Shown here piece after piece: positions 1 through 20,813 of a DNA stretch of 64,000 nucleotides. The notes beneath the pieces were generated by a model that was not told where the DNA came from, did not search any database, and was given only the letters and a program-made list of their open reading frames with translations. The stretch is from the human T2T-CHM13v2.0 reference genome, Homo sapiens. Positions within the stretch are counted from its first letter, which is position 1, and each line of letters opens with the position of its first letter. Position numbers and translations under genes: made by a program. The DNA lies in assembly GCF_009914755.1 (NCBI RefSeq), contig NC_060929.1; one strand, written 5' to 3'.

Positions 1-985
<985 letters not shown>

Positions 986-1609
986 GTCATTAGGGTATAC
1001 TTTGGGACATGTGGCGCCATAGAATATCAACACTATTTACTACATGTTGACCATGTTAAATACATTTAACACATCTCTTTTTTCAACAGCCCTACAAGGT
1101 ACATGTTACTTGCCCAAAGTCACAGTCACACGAGAACTTGTGTGGTGCTGAATGAATCTGGCTCCAAAAGTACTGTTTGGTTTAGGAGCTTTCATGTATA
1201 GTGCCCTCAAGTCTTGTAAATTTCTGCTTCTTCAATCATCAACCTCGTTCAATCTAACATCTTGAAGGAACTACTCAAATGTCTTACTTACAGATTCTTA
1301 CAACTATTTCAAATGCCAAATACCTTGTTTCAGATGGTCAACATCTTGGCTACTCTTGCTGTAGTGTGCAGTGGGTTCTGTTTGTCCTAACAGAACAAAA
1401 CATAGTCTTTTAGATTTTTAAAAAATATTCCTCTGGAAAGCCTTAATGAATGCCACATTCTAATCCCTAGTCTTGCCCCATGATATGATTTATCACTTTT
1501 TATTAAAATTCCTCAATGCTTGCCCTGTTGTGTCTTGAAGAAACTGTGGGCCAGAATAAGAATTTCAAGACATTTTTAAAATTTTTATTTGAGACAGAAT
1601 CTCGCTCTA

Positions 1610-1747
<138 letters not shown>

Positions 1748-1759
1748 TCAAAAAAAAGA

Positions 1760-2175
1760 ATTAAATGAGATCAGGAAAACAAGACATGAACAATATGAAG
1801 TTCAACAAACAGAAATCATTAAAAAGAACCAAATTCTGGAGCTAGAGAACACAATGACTAAATTGGAAAATTCCACAGACGTTTCAACAACAGACTCAAA
1901 AAAAGAATCAATGAACTTGAGACAGATCACTTGAAATTAGTCAGAGGAAAAAAAAATGAAAAAGTGAAGCCTATGGGACACCATCAGGTGAACCCATATA
2001 CGCACTTTGGGTATTTCAGAAAGAGCAGAATAAAGGGCAGAAAGTTTACTTAAAGGAAACTTCCCCAATCTAGAGAGACAAATGAATATCCAGATCCAAG
2101 AACCCCAAATATATTAAAGATATCTTGACCAGGACACATTATAATTAAACTCTCAAAAGACAGAGTTTTGAAATT
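1760..2175 (+). mobile_element. Old L1 (L1M) ORF1-region fragment
   Basis: Degenerate translation EIIKKNQILELENTMTKLENS resembles the L1 ORF1 coiled-coil region; A-rich strand. Confidence 0.75.
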
Positions 2176-2419
2176 CATATATAACCTTTTCAAAAACTCC
2201 TTTGTAAGACCTGACCCCATCCTCTTGCCACTGCTAGAAGAGCAGCTACTGGTTAAGTTTTCTGTTTTTAAGTAGCCTTAAAAAATGACCTGGTTCCAGG
2301 GCATTAAAACTGTCCCAGTAGATTTCTGAGGTGTCAACTCTGCTGCAGACAGCATAACATTCAAAGGCTCTGCATTTGTCTCTAGCTGCAAGATCATAGG
2401 CAATCTTCTTTTTAAAAGC

Positions 2420-9333
<6,914 letters not shown>

Positions 9334-9759
9334 TTATTTATGATAAATAAATAAACATACCTAAATAAAAACCAGCCAAAATGGTATCGTTTTCCCTTTG
9401 TGGCCCCAATATCTGGCGCTTTCCACCATTCCTTGGCAAACAGAACAACCAGAGAGCATAAAAGTCGAGTCTAAGCCAGGGACTCTCGCGAATCCCTTCT
9501 AAGGCATACCCTATTTAAACTTTGTATTATGCTATTCAGGAGGTTGACAAACAGCCTTTTCGGGAATGGGACTCGAACTCGTAAGCCACGTCTGTTCCTC
9601 CATTTCCCGCCTCAGCTGGATGACGGAGAGGGATCTCCGGGATTAAAGAACAACGACCGCAGGCGAGTGCACGAGCGAGGTGCGCGCGCTGAGTAGGGGG
9701 AGGGGCCTGGCGCGCGCCGAACCAGATCGAGGGGGTGGGGGCGAGCTCTCTCGCGAGAG

Positions 9760-9892
9760 TGGGTTTGTTCTTGGGCTGCAGCCGCTGCCGCCGCTTCTCG
9801 CCAGCGCCGTTGCTGCGGGGGATTGTGGGAGTCTCCGCGTCCCGCTCGCTGGGAGAGAGGTACCTCTCCTTTTCCCTCTCCCTTTCCCTAAG
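9760..9892 (+). other. MATR3: MATR3 non-coding exon 1a (TSS approximate)
   Basis: Donor CCTAAG|GTAGGC at 9892/9893; no ATG; matches the recalled MATR3 5' UTR joining to AGTTGTCTGCTGG of exon 2. Confidence 0.8.
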
Positions 9893-10067
9893 GTAGGCGT
9901 GAAGCGGGTAAGAGTCGGGGTCGGGTGGCTGGGGGTTCTCCGTGTCCGCCGGGAGGGGACAACGACGGCGACAGGGGCTGCGGGGAGCCGGCGGCGCGCC
10001 TTTCTTGCTCGCTCCCGCTCTGCCTCCCTCCGCGTTGCGTATGTGAGCCGCCTGATCGGCGGCCGCC

Positions 10068-10115
10068 ATGTTAGGAGCGCAGTGGCGGCGCAACCAGCCT
10101 TCTAGGGCGGCGGAG
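10068..10115 (+). CDS. MATR3: MATR3 alternative first exon 1b coding part, MLGAQWRRNQPSRAAE (N-terminus of the 559-aa short isoform when joined to exon 3)
   Basis: GCCGCCATG Kozak context, 16 codons, phase-0 donor GAG|GTGAGC; exon 3 is also phase 0; 847-304+16=559 aa. Confidence 0.8.
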
Positions 10116-13100
10116 GTGAGCGGTCCGGGAGGGAAACACGCGGCCGGCCAAGGGCCCAGGGTGCGGCGGGAGATTTTGGGTGAAGAGGTGCGCTGACCGG
10201 CCGAGCTTCCTGCGCGTCCTGGGCTCGTTGTGGGCGGGGGCGGGACGACTAGCCCGTTACACGCGGGCCGCGGCGCTGAGGGGGAGGGAGGAGCTCGCTC
10301 GAGGCCTGAGGGACAGACTGTACACTGGGGGCTTGCCGTTTGAGGAGGATGGTTAAGATATCTAAGTCCTTGGGTAGCGCCAGTGCCAAATAACCCGTTC
10401 GCCTTTTTTTCTCTGAAAATGTTCCCCCAAAATGGAGGATTTCGCAGACTCTGAAGAGCCTGCTTGTTTGAGCAGCGTTTCTTTCTTTTCCCGGTGTCTC
10501 GGCCTTCACGCCGCTCCTTGCCCATCGCCTCAGAGCGCCCCCTAAGACTCCCGGCCCACACGCGCGCGCGCGCGCGGCGTTAGCTGGACATCAGAAACAA
10601 TTCCTCCCCGCCCCCCATCGCGTAAAAATGGCCGAAAAATGAAACGTTAACGCTTGTTTTTCGTACTGCGTCGTGGAACAAGCCGCCTGCAGTACAGTGC
10701 GAGGCGGGTGATTTGCACTTGTTTAGTCAAGTCACCTCACATCCTTTTTCTCTTTATCAAAATAGTATTAGTCCAGGTTCCTCCAGAGAGGATCGTGTGG
10801 TGTGGGACCTTCCGGTTTCCAGACAAAGGGTTTTGGAGTACCGTGGTGTAGTCGCCGCATCGTTCTTTGCATTTCGAGCTCTGTGCCATGTTCTGTGTTC
10901 GGCATTTACCGTGGATGAATATCCCCTAGGTGTTTATCCTGCTCTGTGGCCCTGTTCTGTGGAATATTCCTATTGGATCAGTTACAGTTTTTTAGCCAGA
11001 TATTTCTAGAACGGTTATGGTGGTTCTGAAATGGCTAGTCTTTCGGGCGCGCTGGAATAATGTGAAGAATCGTTGATTTCGTAGGTAGGGGTCACGAGAT
11101 TTTGTATTGGTACTGCGTTCTGTGTTTTAAACCTTGGCTTAAGATTTCTGAATAGTCGGTAAAATACATTTTTCTCCCAGGGAAATCTAAACAGTTGACT
11201 ATGCGGACAAAAATGATGTTTCAGGCTATTTTAATAAATGTTTAAAATTTCCCTTTAAAAACATTTCTTTACTAATGGCTCAGTCATCTACGCAGTCTAT
11301 CGACGTTTTTCACAGTATTGTTTTAAAAATCAAGAAAGGCTTGACATTTTCGTTGCAAAAACGCTCTGGATGATGCCTTTTCCACTTAAATAGAATGTTT
11401 TTGCAAACTCGAAATTAAACAACATTAAAATACTGCATGAAGTTTCTTGGTTATGTAAGATTTGGAAAAGATCATTTAGCCAGATGTGTGTTGAAGTGCT
11501 TTAAATTTGTATTTCTTCCTTTGCACTTAACAGTATATACTTAGAACATTACTTTGTACTTTACCCAGAGAAGTTTCGCTTTATCATCTTTATATATTTT
11601 TCAGCCGTGTACAGCTTTTATATCACATTTTGAACTAACTTGGAAGGATTTAACTACCCTTGATCTGTGCATTTGTTTTAGTCTTTAAACATACTAATTT
11701 TTTTACTAATGCTTTTAGAGTTTGTAAACGCTAATATTACAAGTCAGTTAATGGTTTTTACTGAGGAGTGCAACGGTGGTGTCGTATTTTAGGAGCATCA
11801 CGTAGTTCAAATCCCTAATTTTATAGAAGAGAAGGTTAAAGCCCAGATAGGTCGTGACCAGTTGCAAATAGTAGCAGTGCTGTCAGTGTGGTCTACAGAG
11901 GTCTTGGATCTTTTTTTTCTCTGAAACAGGATCGCTCTGTTGCCCAGACTGGAGTGCAGTGGTATGATCAGTGGCTCACGGCTCACAGCAGCCTCGACCT
12001 CCCAGGCTTAAGTAATCCTCCCACCTCAGCCTCCTGGGTAGCTGAGATCACAGGCGCGCGCCACCACACCAAGCTAATTTTTTGATCGTCTGTAGAGACG
12101 TGTTCTCACAATATGGCCCAGGCTGGTGTTGAACTCTCGGAGCTCTTAGATGTTGATTCAGACTCCTTCATAGTATAATAGGCTTAAAATGGAAAGACTG
12201 TGCGTACAGGAATTTATCCTAAGGAAGTAATGTGTCAGATTTGCGTATATAAATTTAATATCAGTTATTAAGAATTTTTTTTAAAATTAAATATTCAAGT
12301 TTTGGGAATCTGCTAATTCTGTTGTGAAAGTGGAAATCTATACAGCCACTTAAAACAGTATCGTAGGTGAAGAGTATGATGGGAAAATGGTAACGGTATA
12401 CAGTTTTAACTGGAAAGGAAAATGTTGTAAAACTGCTAATGTCGTTTGATTGTTTTTTAAACGACAATGTAAACATGAAAATAGAGATATACCCCAAAAT
12501 GTTTGCTCAGATGTTGGCATTGTTTACTCCCTGATGTTTTTCTGAATTTACCACGAGAAATAACATCAACTTTTGTAATGAGAGAAAAAAATGAAAAACA
12601 TATTTTGTAAATACTGTAACTGCTTAAAATATTAGAGTCCTCTGTATTTTTAAGCGAAATTGGCATAGACAAACTAGCTGCTTCAAGTCTGAAGTGAAAA
12701 GTACTGAGAAGTGACAGAAAGTAGTGCTTGTGTAACATTTTGGATATTGGGTATAAGCAAACACAGGAATCAGAATATTCTTAGGCAAAAATGTTAAAAT
12801 CATTATTATTGGAAATAGTACTAATTAGCTTACAATATGAATTGCAGCCAAAGAATTGAATAATGGTTAGATGTTCTTAGAACATCTTTTTGTTAGGGAT
12901 ACTTGATTTTATATATCTCCTTTAGTTAGAATTACAGTACAGCTATCCCACACTTCTGGCAACAGGTTCTAAAAGTGGATGATTGCGGCCAGTGGCCCGT
13001 GATCCCAGCACATTAGGAGGCCAAGGCGGGCGGATCATCTGAGGTAAAGAGTTCTGAGACCAGCTTGCCCAACATGGCGAAACCCCATTTCTACTAAAAA

Positions 13101-14914
13101 TTACAAAAATTAGCCGGGCGTGGTGGCAGGCACCTGTAATGTAATCCCAGCTACTTGGGAGGGTGAGGGAGGAGAAATCACTTGAACCCAGGAGGCGGAG
13201 GTAGCAGTTAGCCGAGGTGGCGCCACTGCATTCCAGCCTGGGCAACAGAGCGGGACTCCATCTCAAAAAAAAGTAAAGTGGATGATTGACTTAACATTTG
13301 GGATGGACAGTGCTAAGTTTGTTGGGATGGATTGGAAGGGTTATAGGCTGGGAGTGTAGTTTTGCCATTTTCTGTATATGTGGTTGGTTATTCTAAGGCA
13401 CAACGCTGTCCAAGAAATAAAGTGCTGTAATTTATAATTATTAGCTATGTAGCAAACCTTTCTCATTGGATCATTAGGATTAAGGGCTCTGAAGTTCTTG
13501 ATAAAAGTTTATGTGTAGAAAATTTAATGGATAATTAAAAGTAAAACAGAAAACAAGCCTATGGGTTGAGTTTTAGATATGTACCTTTAAAGGGGTTTTA
13601 TGTGTAATTTAAAAAATTGAGTATAAGTGTTAGGTTTTAACGCATTTCTATTATAATCCTATTTGTAATACAGTAAAAGTTACATGATAAAGTGCTGTTA
13701 TCTGACCTAACCTGAATATAATTTATTACTGTGGCACTTCTGTGTGGATGGAGTGCGGAGTGCCTTTGATGTGATGTATAATTTTCCAGTTGTACATCAA
13801 GCCCTAATGTTCTCTGTATAGATAAAGCTCAAGGCTCTTTGGAAGTGGAAAATAAAAAGTGAAGTAGTAATGAAAGCTTAGGTTTGAAAAAATTTTAAAG
13901 CTATTCCAAAATTTAAAGTATGCTTGCTCCCCACCCACCAAACCTTAAAAACATCTTATCTGACATTCTCTTTAATGTGGTTCAGGCAGAAACAGGTTAG
14001 TAGGAAAACAAGAGGGGAGCTTGCCTGTGGAGAAGGAGAGAGTAGTTGCAGATGGGTAAGAAAAGTAAAAGCAGAGTGCCTATGGTAAATGTCTTAGTGG
14101 GCCAGCAGTAAATGCAGCAAGTATGGAAAGTAGTCATTTAATTAATATTAGGGAGCAGTATTATCTGCATTTACTTCATGAAGATGCATAACTTTCAGAT
14201 CTTTTAGGATGATGTGTTTGGTTTTTTTCCTCCTTTGTGAGGATTATTAGGATATTAACCGTCCCTCTTAACACACGGGAACCTATACCATATGTGAAAA
14301 TTAAAAGTCAATTATTTGAGCACTCAACTTAAGCAGTAGTTGGGGAAAGAATAATGTCAAAGAAATACAAACATTTGGCTGGGTGCAGTGATTCACACCT
14401 GTAATCCCAGCACTTTGGGGGCTGAGGTGGGCAGATCACTTCAGGCCAGGAGTTCGAGACCAACCTGGGCAACATACGGAAAACCCCGTCTCTACTAAAA
14501 ATACAAAAATTAGCGGGTCGTGATGGCGCGTTCCTGTAATTCCAGCTGTTGGAGACGCTGAAGCAGAATTGCTTGAACCTGGGAGGCGGAAGTTGCAGTG
14601 AGGCGAGATCGTGCCACTGCACTCCAAGGCTGGTGACAGAGCAAGACTGTCTCAAAAAGAAAAGAAACACAAATATTTGAACTCCAAATATTCTTTGTGT
14701 GTAGAAAAATCTAATGGATAATTAAAACTAGAGCAGAGAGAAAAGCCTAGGAGTTGAGAGATTTTTAGATACGTGACTGAAAAGATTGGAAAAGGCTATC
14801 AGTTTTAATGCTTGTGTCTGTCTTTGTGTGGGCCATGGTATTTTGGAAGAGCACCATGGAGGAGGAAGTTTTGCAGTTTTGCACCAAGGGACACCAAGAA
14901 ACAGCGTTGTTCTT

Positions 14915-15260
14915 GGTAATGGCAAGAAATTGAAAACAACTTAAATGTTCATCATCTGCAGAATAAAGTACATGTGCATACATAATGATACCTATATTGC
15001 AGTGAAAATGTAGGTTTAACTCACAATTGTGGATAAATCAGTTTTTAAAAGCAAGTCAGAACAGTACATTTTAAGTCAATTTGCATGAAGTTCAGAAATG
15101 CAAAAATAACACTTTTTAAGGGTACATACATTAAGTAGTCAAACTTAAACACAAGGGGAGGGAGTCGTTGGAAATTGCTATGTAGATTTATTTCCAAAGT
15201 CTCGTTAATGTTTTGTTTCGTATTTTTATATACACTGGTTTGTATAATACATTGAATGAT
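14915..15260 (+). mobile_element. Old L1 (L1ME-like) 3' fragment
   Basis: GGCAAGAAATTGAAAACAACTTAAATGTTCATC...ATACATAATG...GCAGTGAAAATG resembles the L1M ORF2-end/3' UTR consensus. Confidence 0.55.
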
Positions 15261-15938
15261 TAAAAGGGGATGCTGGGCCTTGAGAAAATAACTGGTATTA
15301 CATGAAATGACAGAGGGATGCCTCCCAGCTAATAATTTTATTTACACAAGCATTGAGTAGTTTCTGTAAATGGAATAGTAAGCAGACGCTTCTGTAAGGT
15401 GTTTGGTTATGGTTGGGGAAAAGGTTTAGAGAAGTAGAATGGAACCAACACATGAAAGGCAGTGAAAATTATATGTGAGGCAGGGCACAGTGGTTCATGT
15501 CTATAACCTCAGCACTTTGGGAGGCTGAGGGAGGAGGATCACTTGAACCCAGGAGTTCATGACCAGCTCATGCAACGTAGTGAGACCTTGTCTCTACTAA
15601 AAATGTTAAAAATTAGTCGGGTATAGTGGTGCATGCCTGTGGTCCCTGCTGAGACCAAGGAGGATCACTTGAGCCCAAGAGATTGAGTCTGCAATGAGCC
15701 AAGATTGTGCCACTGCACTGGGCAACAGAGGAAGACCCTGTCTTGAAAAAGGAAATCGTAGTGTGGATTTCATGTGGTAAGTGGTAGGGAGTAGTAGGTT
15801 TTTGAGCCAGGAGAGTGTGAAATGAGTGATGTTTCAGGTTGTTTATGTTGAAAGGTGATGAGGTGTGAGCTTTGATGCCAGGAGGCTAGCTAAAAAGCAG
15901 GAGGACTAAGATTATGGCAGAGAGAATAGAAAGGTAAG

Positions 15939-16029
15939 ATCTATGGCCATACCACCCTAAACGCACCTGATTTCGTCTGATCTTGGAAGCTAAGCAGTGT
16001 TGGGCCTGGTTAGTGCTTGGATGGGAAAC
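15939..16029 (+). pseudogene. 5S rRNA pseudogene, 3'-truncated (RNA5SP family)
   Basis: ATCTATGGCCATACCACCCTAAACGCACCTGATTTCGTCTGATCTTGGAAGCTAAGCAG...GGATGGGAAAC matches 5S nt ~1-91 with CpG-decay changes. Confidence 0.93.
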
Positions 16030-16288
16030 AGGTTAAGGATGCAGGGTGAAGGGTGATTTAAACACAGGTTGGCAATACAGAATGAAGAAGGAAGATGTTT
16101 AATTTTTCCACTTTTACTAGAATTACTGCAATATAGATAGTGTATTGTTCTTTAGCTTGTCTGTTGAAAGTTACTACCAGTTGGCTCACACCTGTAATCC
16201 CAGCACTTTGGGAGGCCAAGGTGGGTGAATCACAAGGTCAGGAGTTCGAGACCAGTCTGGCCAACATGGTGAAACCTTGTCTCTACTA

Positions 16289-16462
<174 letters not shown>

Positions 16463-16919
16463 TTACTACCAGTCTTTAAGTCTGTTTTTGAAAGCTGATT
16501 CCTGGTGACCAGTATGACATTAAAGTTGATACATGAAAGAGACTACGGTGCAGATAAAAAGTTTATAAGCTCTTTATTCATTTGTCTTTGGATCTCAGTC
16601 CTTTTGCCTCTAAAAGTTTTTCTCATCTAAAAATAAAGAAAAATAGATTTTACCTTCTTAGTTTTATGAGGATCAGATTATACCAAATGAGATGATTACT
16701 ACGGTGCTGTGTGTCAGACACTATTTTAAATGTTTTATTTAGACTAATTTATTAAGTCTTTTTGAGTCAGAGTCTCACTCTGTCACCCAGGCTGCAGTGG
16801 CTCACTGCAACCTCTGCCTCCAGGGTTCAAGTGATTCTTCTGCCTCAGCCTCCCCAGTAGCTGGGATTACAGGCACATGCCACCACACCTGGCTGATTTT
16901 TGGTGTTTTGTTGTTTTGA

Positions 16920-17138
<219 letters not shown>

Positions 17139-17230
17139 TGATTCTCCCACCTCAGCTTCCCAAAGTGCTAGGATTACAGCCATGAGCCACTGTGCCTGGC
17201 CTAATTTATCGAGTCTTTATGGCCTTATGA

Positions 17231-17689
<459 letters not shown>

Positions 17690-19132
17690 TAAGCCACCGC
17701 GCCCAGCCCAGAATGGAGCCTTGAAAGAAATCACTGATTTTGCTTAAGCAGAGAAGAAAGTAAAGAGCCAAGTTTATGTCGTAGTTCAAATAGACAATGA
17801 ACATCATCAGGTACACGGGGTAACTTTCTATCTTGTAATACAGGTTTACTTCATCAATTCTGTGTAGTTCTAATCTGAAACTATTTCTTGCCTGATTGAA
17901 GGTCACTGGGAAAAAATTTTAAACCTAGGAAGAAGACAATATTATTCCAGGTCTGAGTGGGAATTTCTTACACTGGTTAACAAGTAGTTTTCTGTCTTCT
18001 CAGCAGCTGACGCCACTCTGCAACATTCTTGTCATTCATTAGCCTAAGGATCAAGAAGTGGACTAAAAATTGACTTCACGTCTGTTAGATGGATTAAGAA
18101 CAGTGGTCTTAAAGCACTTGAAAATATTCATGCTTGTATTTCAGCCTTCCTGGCACTACACTTTTTTATCTTTTCTATTGTATGATGACACATGCTACTT
18201 TACCACACCCACCTAATTTTTGCATTTTTAGTAGAGACGGGGTTTCACCATGTTGGCCGGGCTGGTCTCAAACTCCTGACCTCAGGTAATCTGCCCGCCT
18301 CGGCCTCCCAAAGTGCAGGATTACAGGTGTGAGCCACTGCGCCTGGCCTATTTTAAAAACTCTTAAGCCACTCAAGGTACATGCCATACTGAGATGAGAT
18401 TGTGACACTCAAAAACATAGATTAGAGAGCATAAGATTTGAAAGTGGCTGAAACTCTAGGAAAAAAATGTAGTTCTTCAGCATACTTCAAAAAAACCCTT
18501 AAATGAAATAATTGTTACAAAATATGTTAGGAAATACTATATACACCATTAAAATGAAAACTTGTAGTACTTTTAAAATGGAAACTATGGTAAATTCTTT
18601 ATAAAACCATTATAAAATTTAATAAATGAAGAAAAATTTAAATAGTAACTGAAACCTGTTCTTGAATTGAAAATAAGTTGGATGCTTGGTTTGAAAGTCC
18701 TGACCGCAGGAATCAATATTTTTGTGTGATTTATGACAAAAATCAAGCAGCTACCTTCCAAATGGTGCTGCTTTGAAATTACTGACAGTCAACTATGTCT
18801 GCCATCTATCAGTGACATAGGTTAAGACATTTTTACTAAATTGGTATTGTTGATTGCTACCTAAAACATATTTGGTATATTTTCACATGAATAAGCTAAT
18901 AAATGATCAAGGTGATTGGCCTTGATAGAACATTTGGAAAATCTGAGCATTTCTTGCAATTCAGAAGAGGAAAATATAAGAAACTGTAGTTTTCTAGCTG
19001 TTGCTTGTAAGTTTCAATGTGAAGTTAAAATAATGTCATTATGAAGGTATTTTTTTCCCTGAGTATCTCTAGTTTTATGGTTAAACCATAAATAATCTTT
19101 CATAGTTTTATGGGTAAACCATCTCAAATTAG

Positions 19133-19423
<291 letters not shown>

Positions 19424-20426
19424 TGATCAACCCACCTCGGCTTCCCAAAGTGCAGGGATTACAGGCGTGAGCCACTGCGCCCTGCCAGAGAAAAATTATT
19501 TAAAGGAGTGATTATCTCACACAGTTGAGAGCATAGCTGAAGATCCATGTGGAGTAGTAGATACCTCTTAGCATTTTGGGAGGTCAAGGCGGGAGGATTG
19601 CTTGAGCCCAGGAGTTCGAGACCAGCCTGGCCAACATGGTGAAAACCCCCTCTCTACCAAAACAATGAAAACTAGCCGAGCATGGTGGCATGTGTCTGTA
19701 GTCCCGGCTACTTGGGCTGAGGTGGGAGGATGGTTTGAGCCTGGGAGGCAGAGGTTACAGTGAGCCTGGGCAATGCACTCCCAGGTGTGATGCCATTCCA
19801 CTCCAGCCTGGGCAATGAAGGAGTCAGACACTGTCTTTTTTTTTTAAACTAAAAATCTTTTCATTTTTTTCTAATACCTTCTAAGAAATTAAAGTTAGCT
19901 TGCGCTTATTTTAGTAATTCTGCTAGATATTACTCTGAAAGAATGACTAAGGACTTACCGGTAATCTTTAAGGAAATTTAGATCTGGAACAGCTGTTTGC
20001 TTCTGTTCTCCGTGAATTTTCAGGGTATGTGAAATTTTTCAGAAATATTTTAGTACTCTAGTTCTTTTAATTGGAGAAGAAAAAGCCAATAACAAAAATC
20101 AGATTCTCATGTAATGGGAGGTAGAATATTAACTGAAACGTTTCCTAACCATACATAGGGATGATACTCAGATTTGTTTAGATGTTGAATGTGAAGCTAA
20201 CATTTTTAAACAGCTTAAAATTGTATCATAAAATAATTTTAAGTTACAGTTTGTTTTGAGTTGCCTATAAAAATGAATTTTTAAGCTAATTTGTTAAGAA
20301 TTTGGTTATCGGGCCAGGCGTGGTGGCTCATGCCTATATAATCCCAGCACTTTGAGAGGACGAGGCAGGGGGATCACCTGAGGTCGAGACCAGCCTGACC
20401 AACATGGAGAAACCCCGTCTCTACTA

Positions 20427-20813
<387 letters not shown>

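Larger units (their letters stand above)
9480..11100. promoter_or_regulatory. MATR3: MATR3 CpG-island promoter
   Basis: Very high CpG density. TCTCGCGAGA (BANP/ZBTB33-type motif) at 9749-9758; YY1-type GCCGCCATGTT at 10062-10072 and AAAATGGCCG near 10625; GC boxes. Confidence 0.92.

Noticed and set aside
9536-10561. 341-aa minus-strand ORF (and 141-aa plus ORF) across the MATR3 promoter
   Set aside because: GC-rich CpG-island sequence lacks stops by composition; non-ATG starts, low-complexity Pro/Arg/Ala content and no recognisable domain.
14161-14300. Possible intronic snoRNA (GATGATG, hairpin-like stretch)
   Set aside because: No convincing paired C/D or H/ACA boxes with a terminal stem; not recognised as a known snoRNA.
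18640-19060. Possible degraded DNA-transposon relic in intron 1
   Set aside because: Only a vague resemblance; no TIRs or translatable motif could be confirmed by eye.
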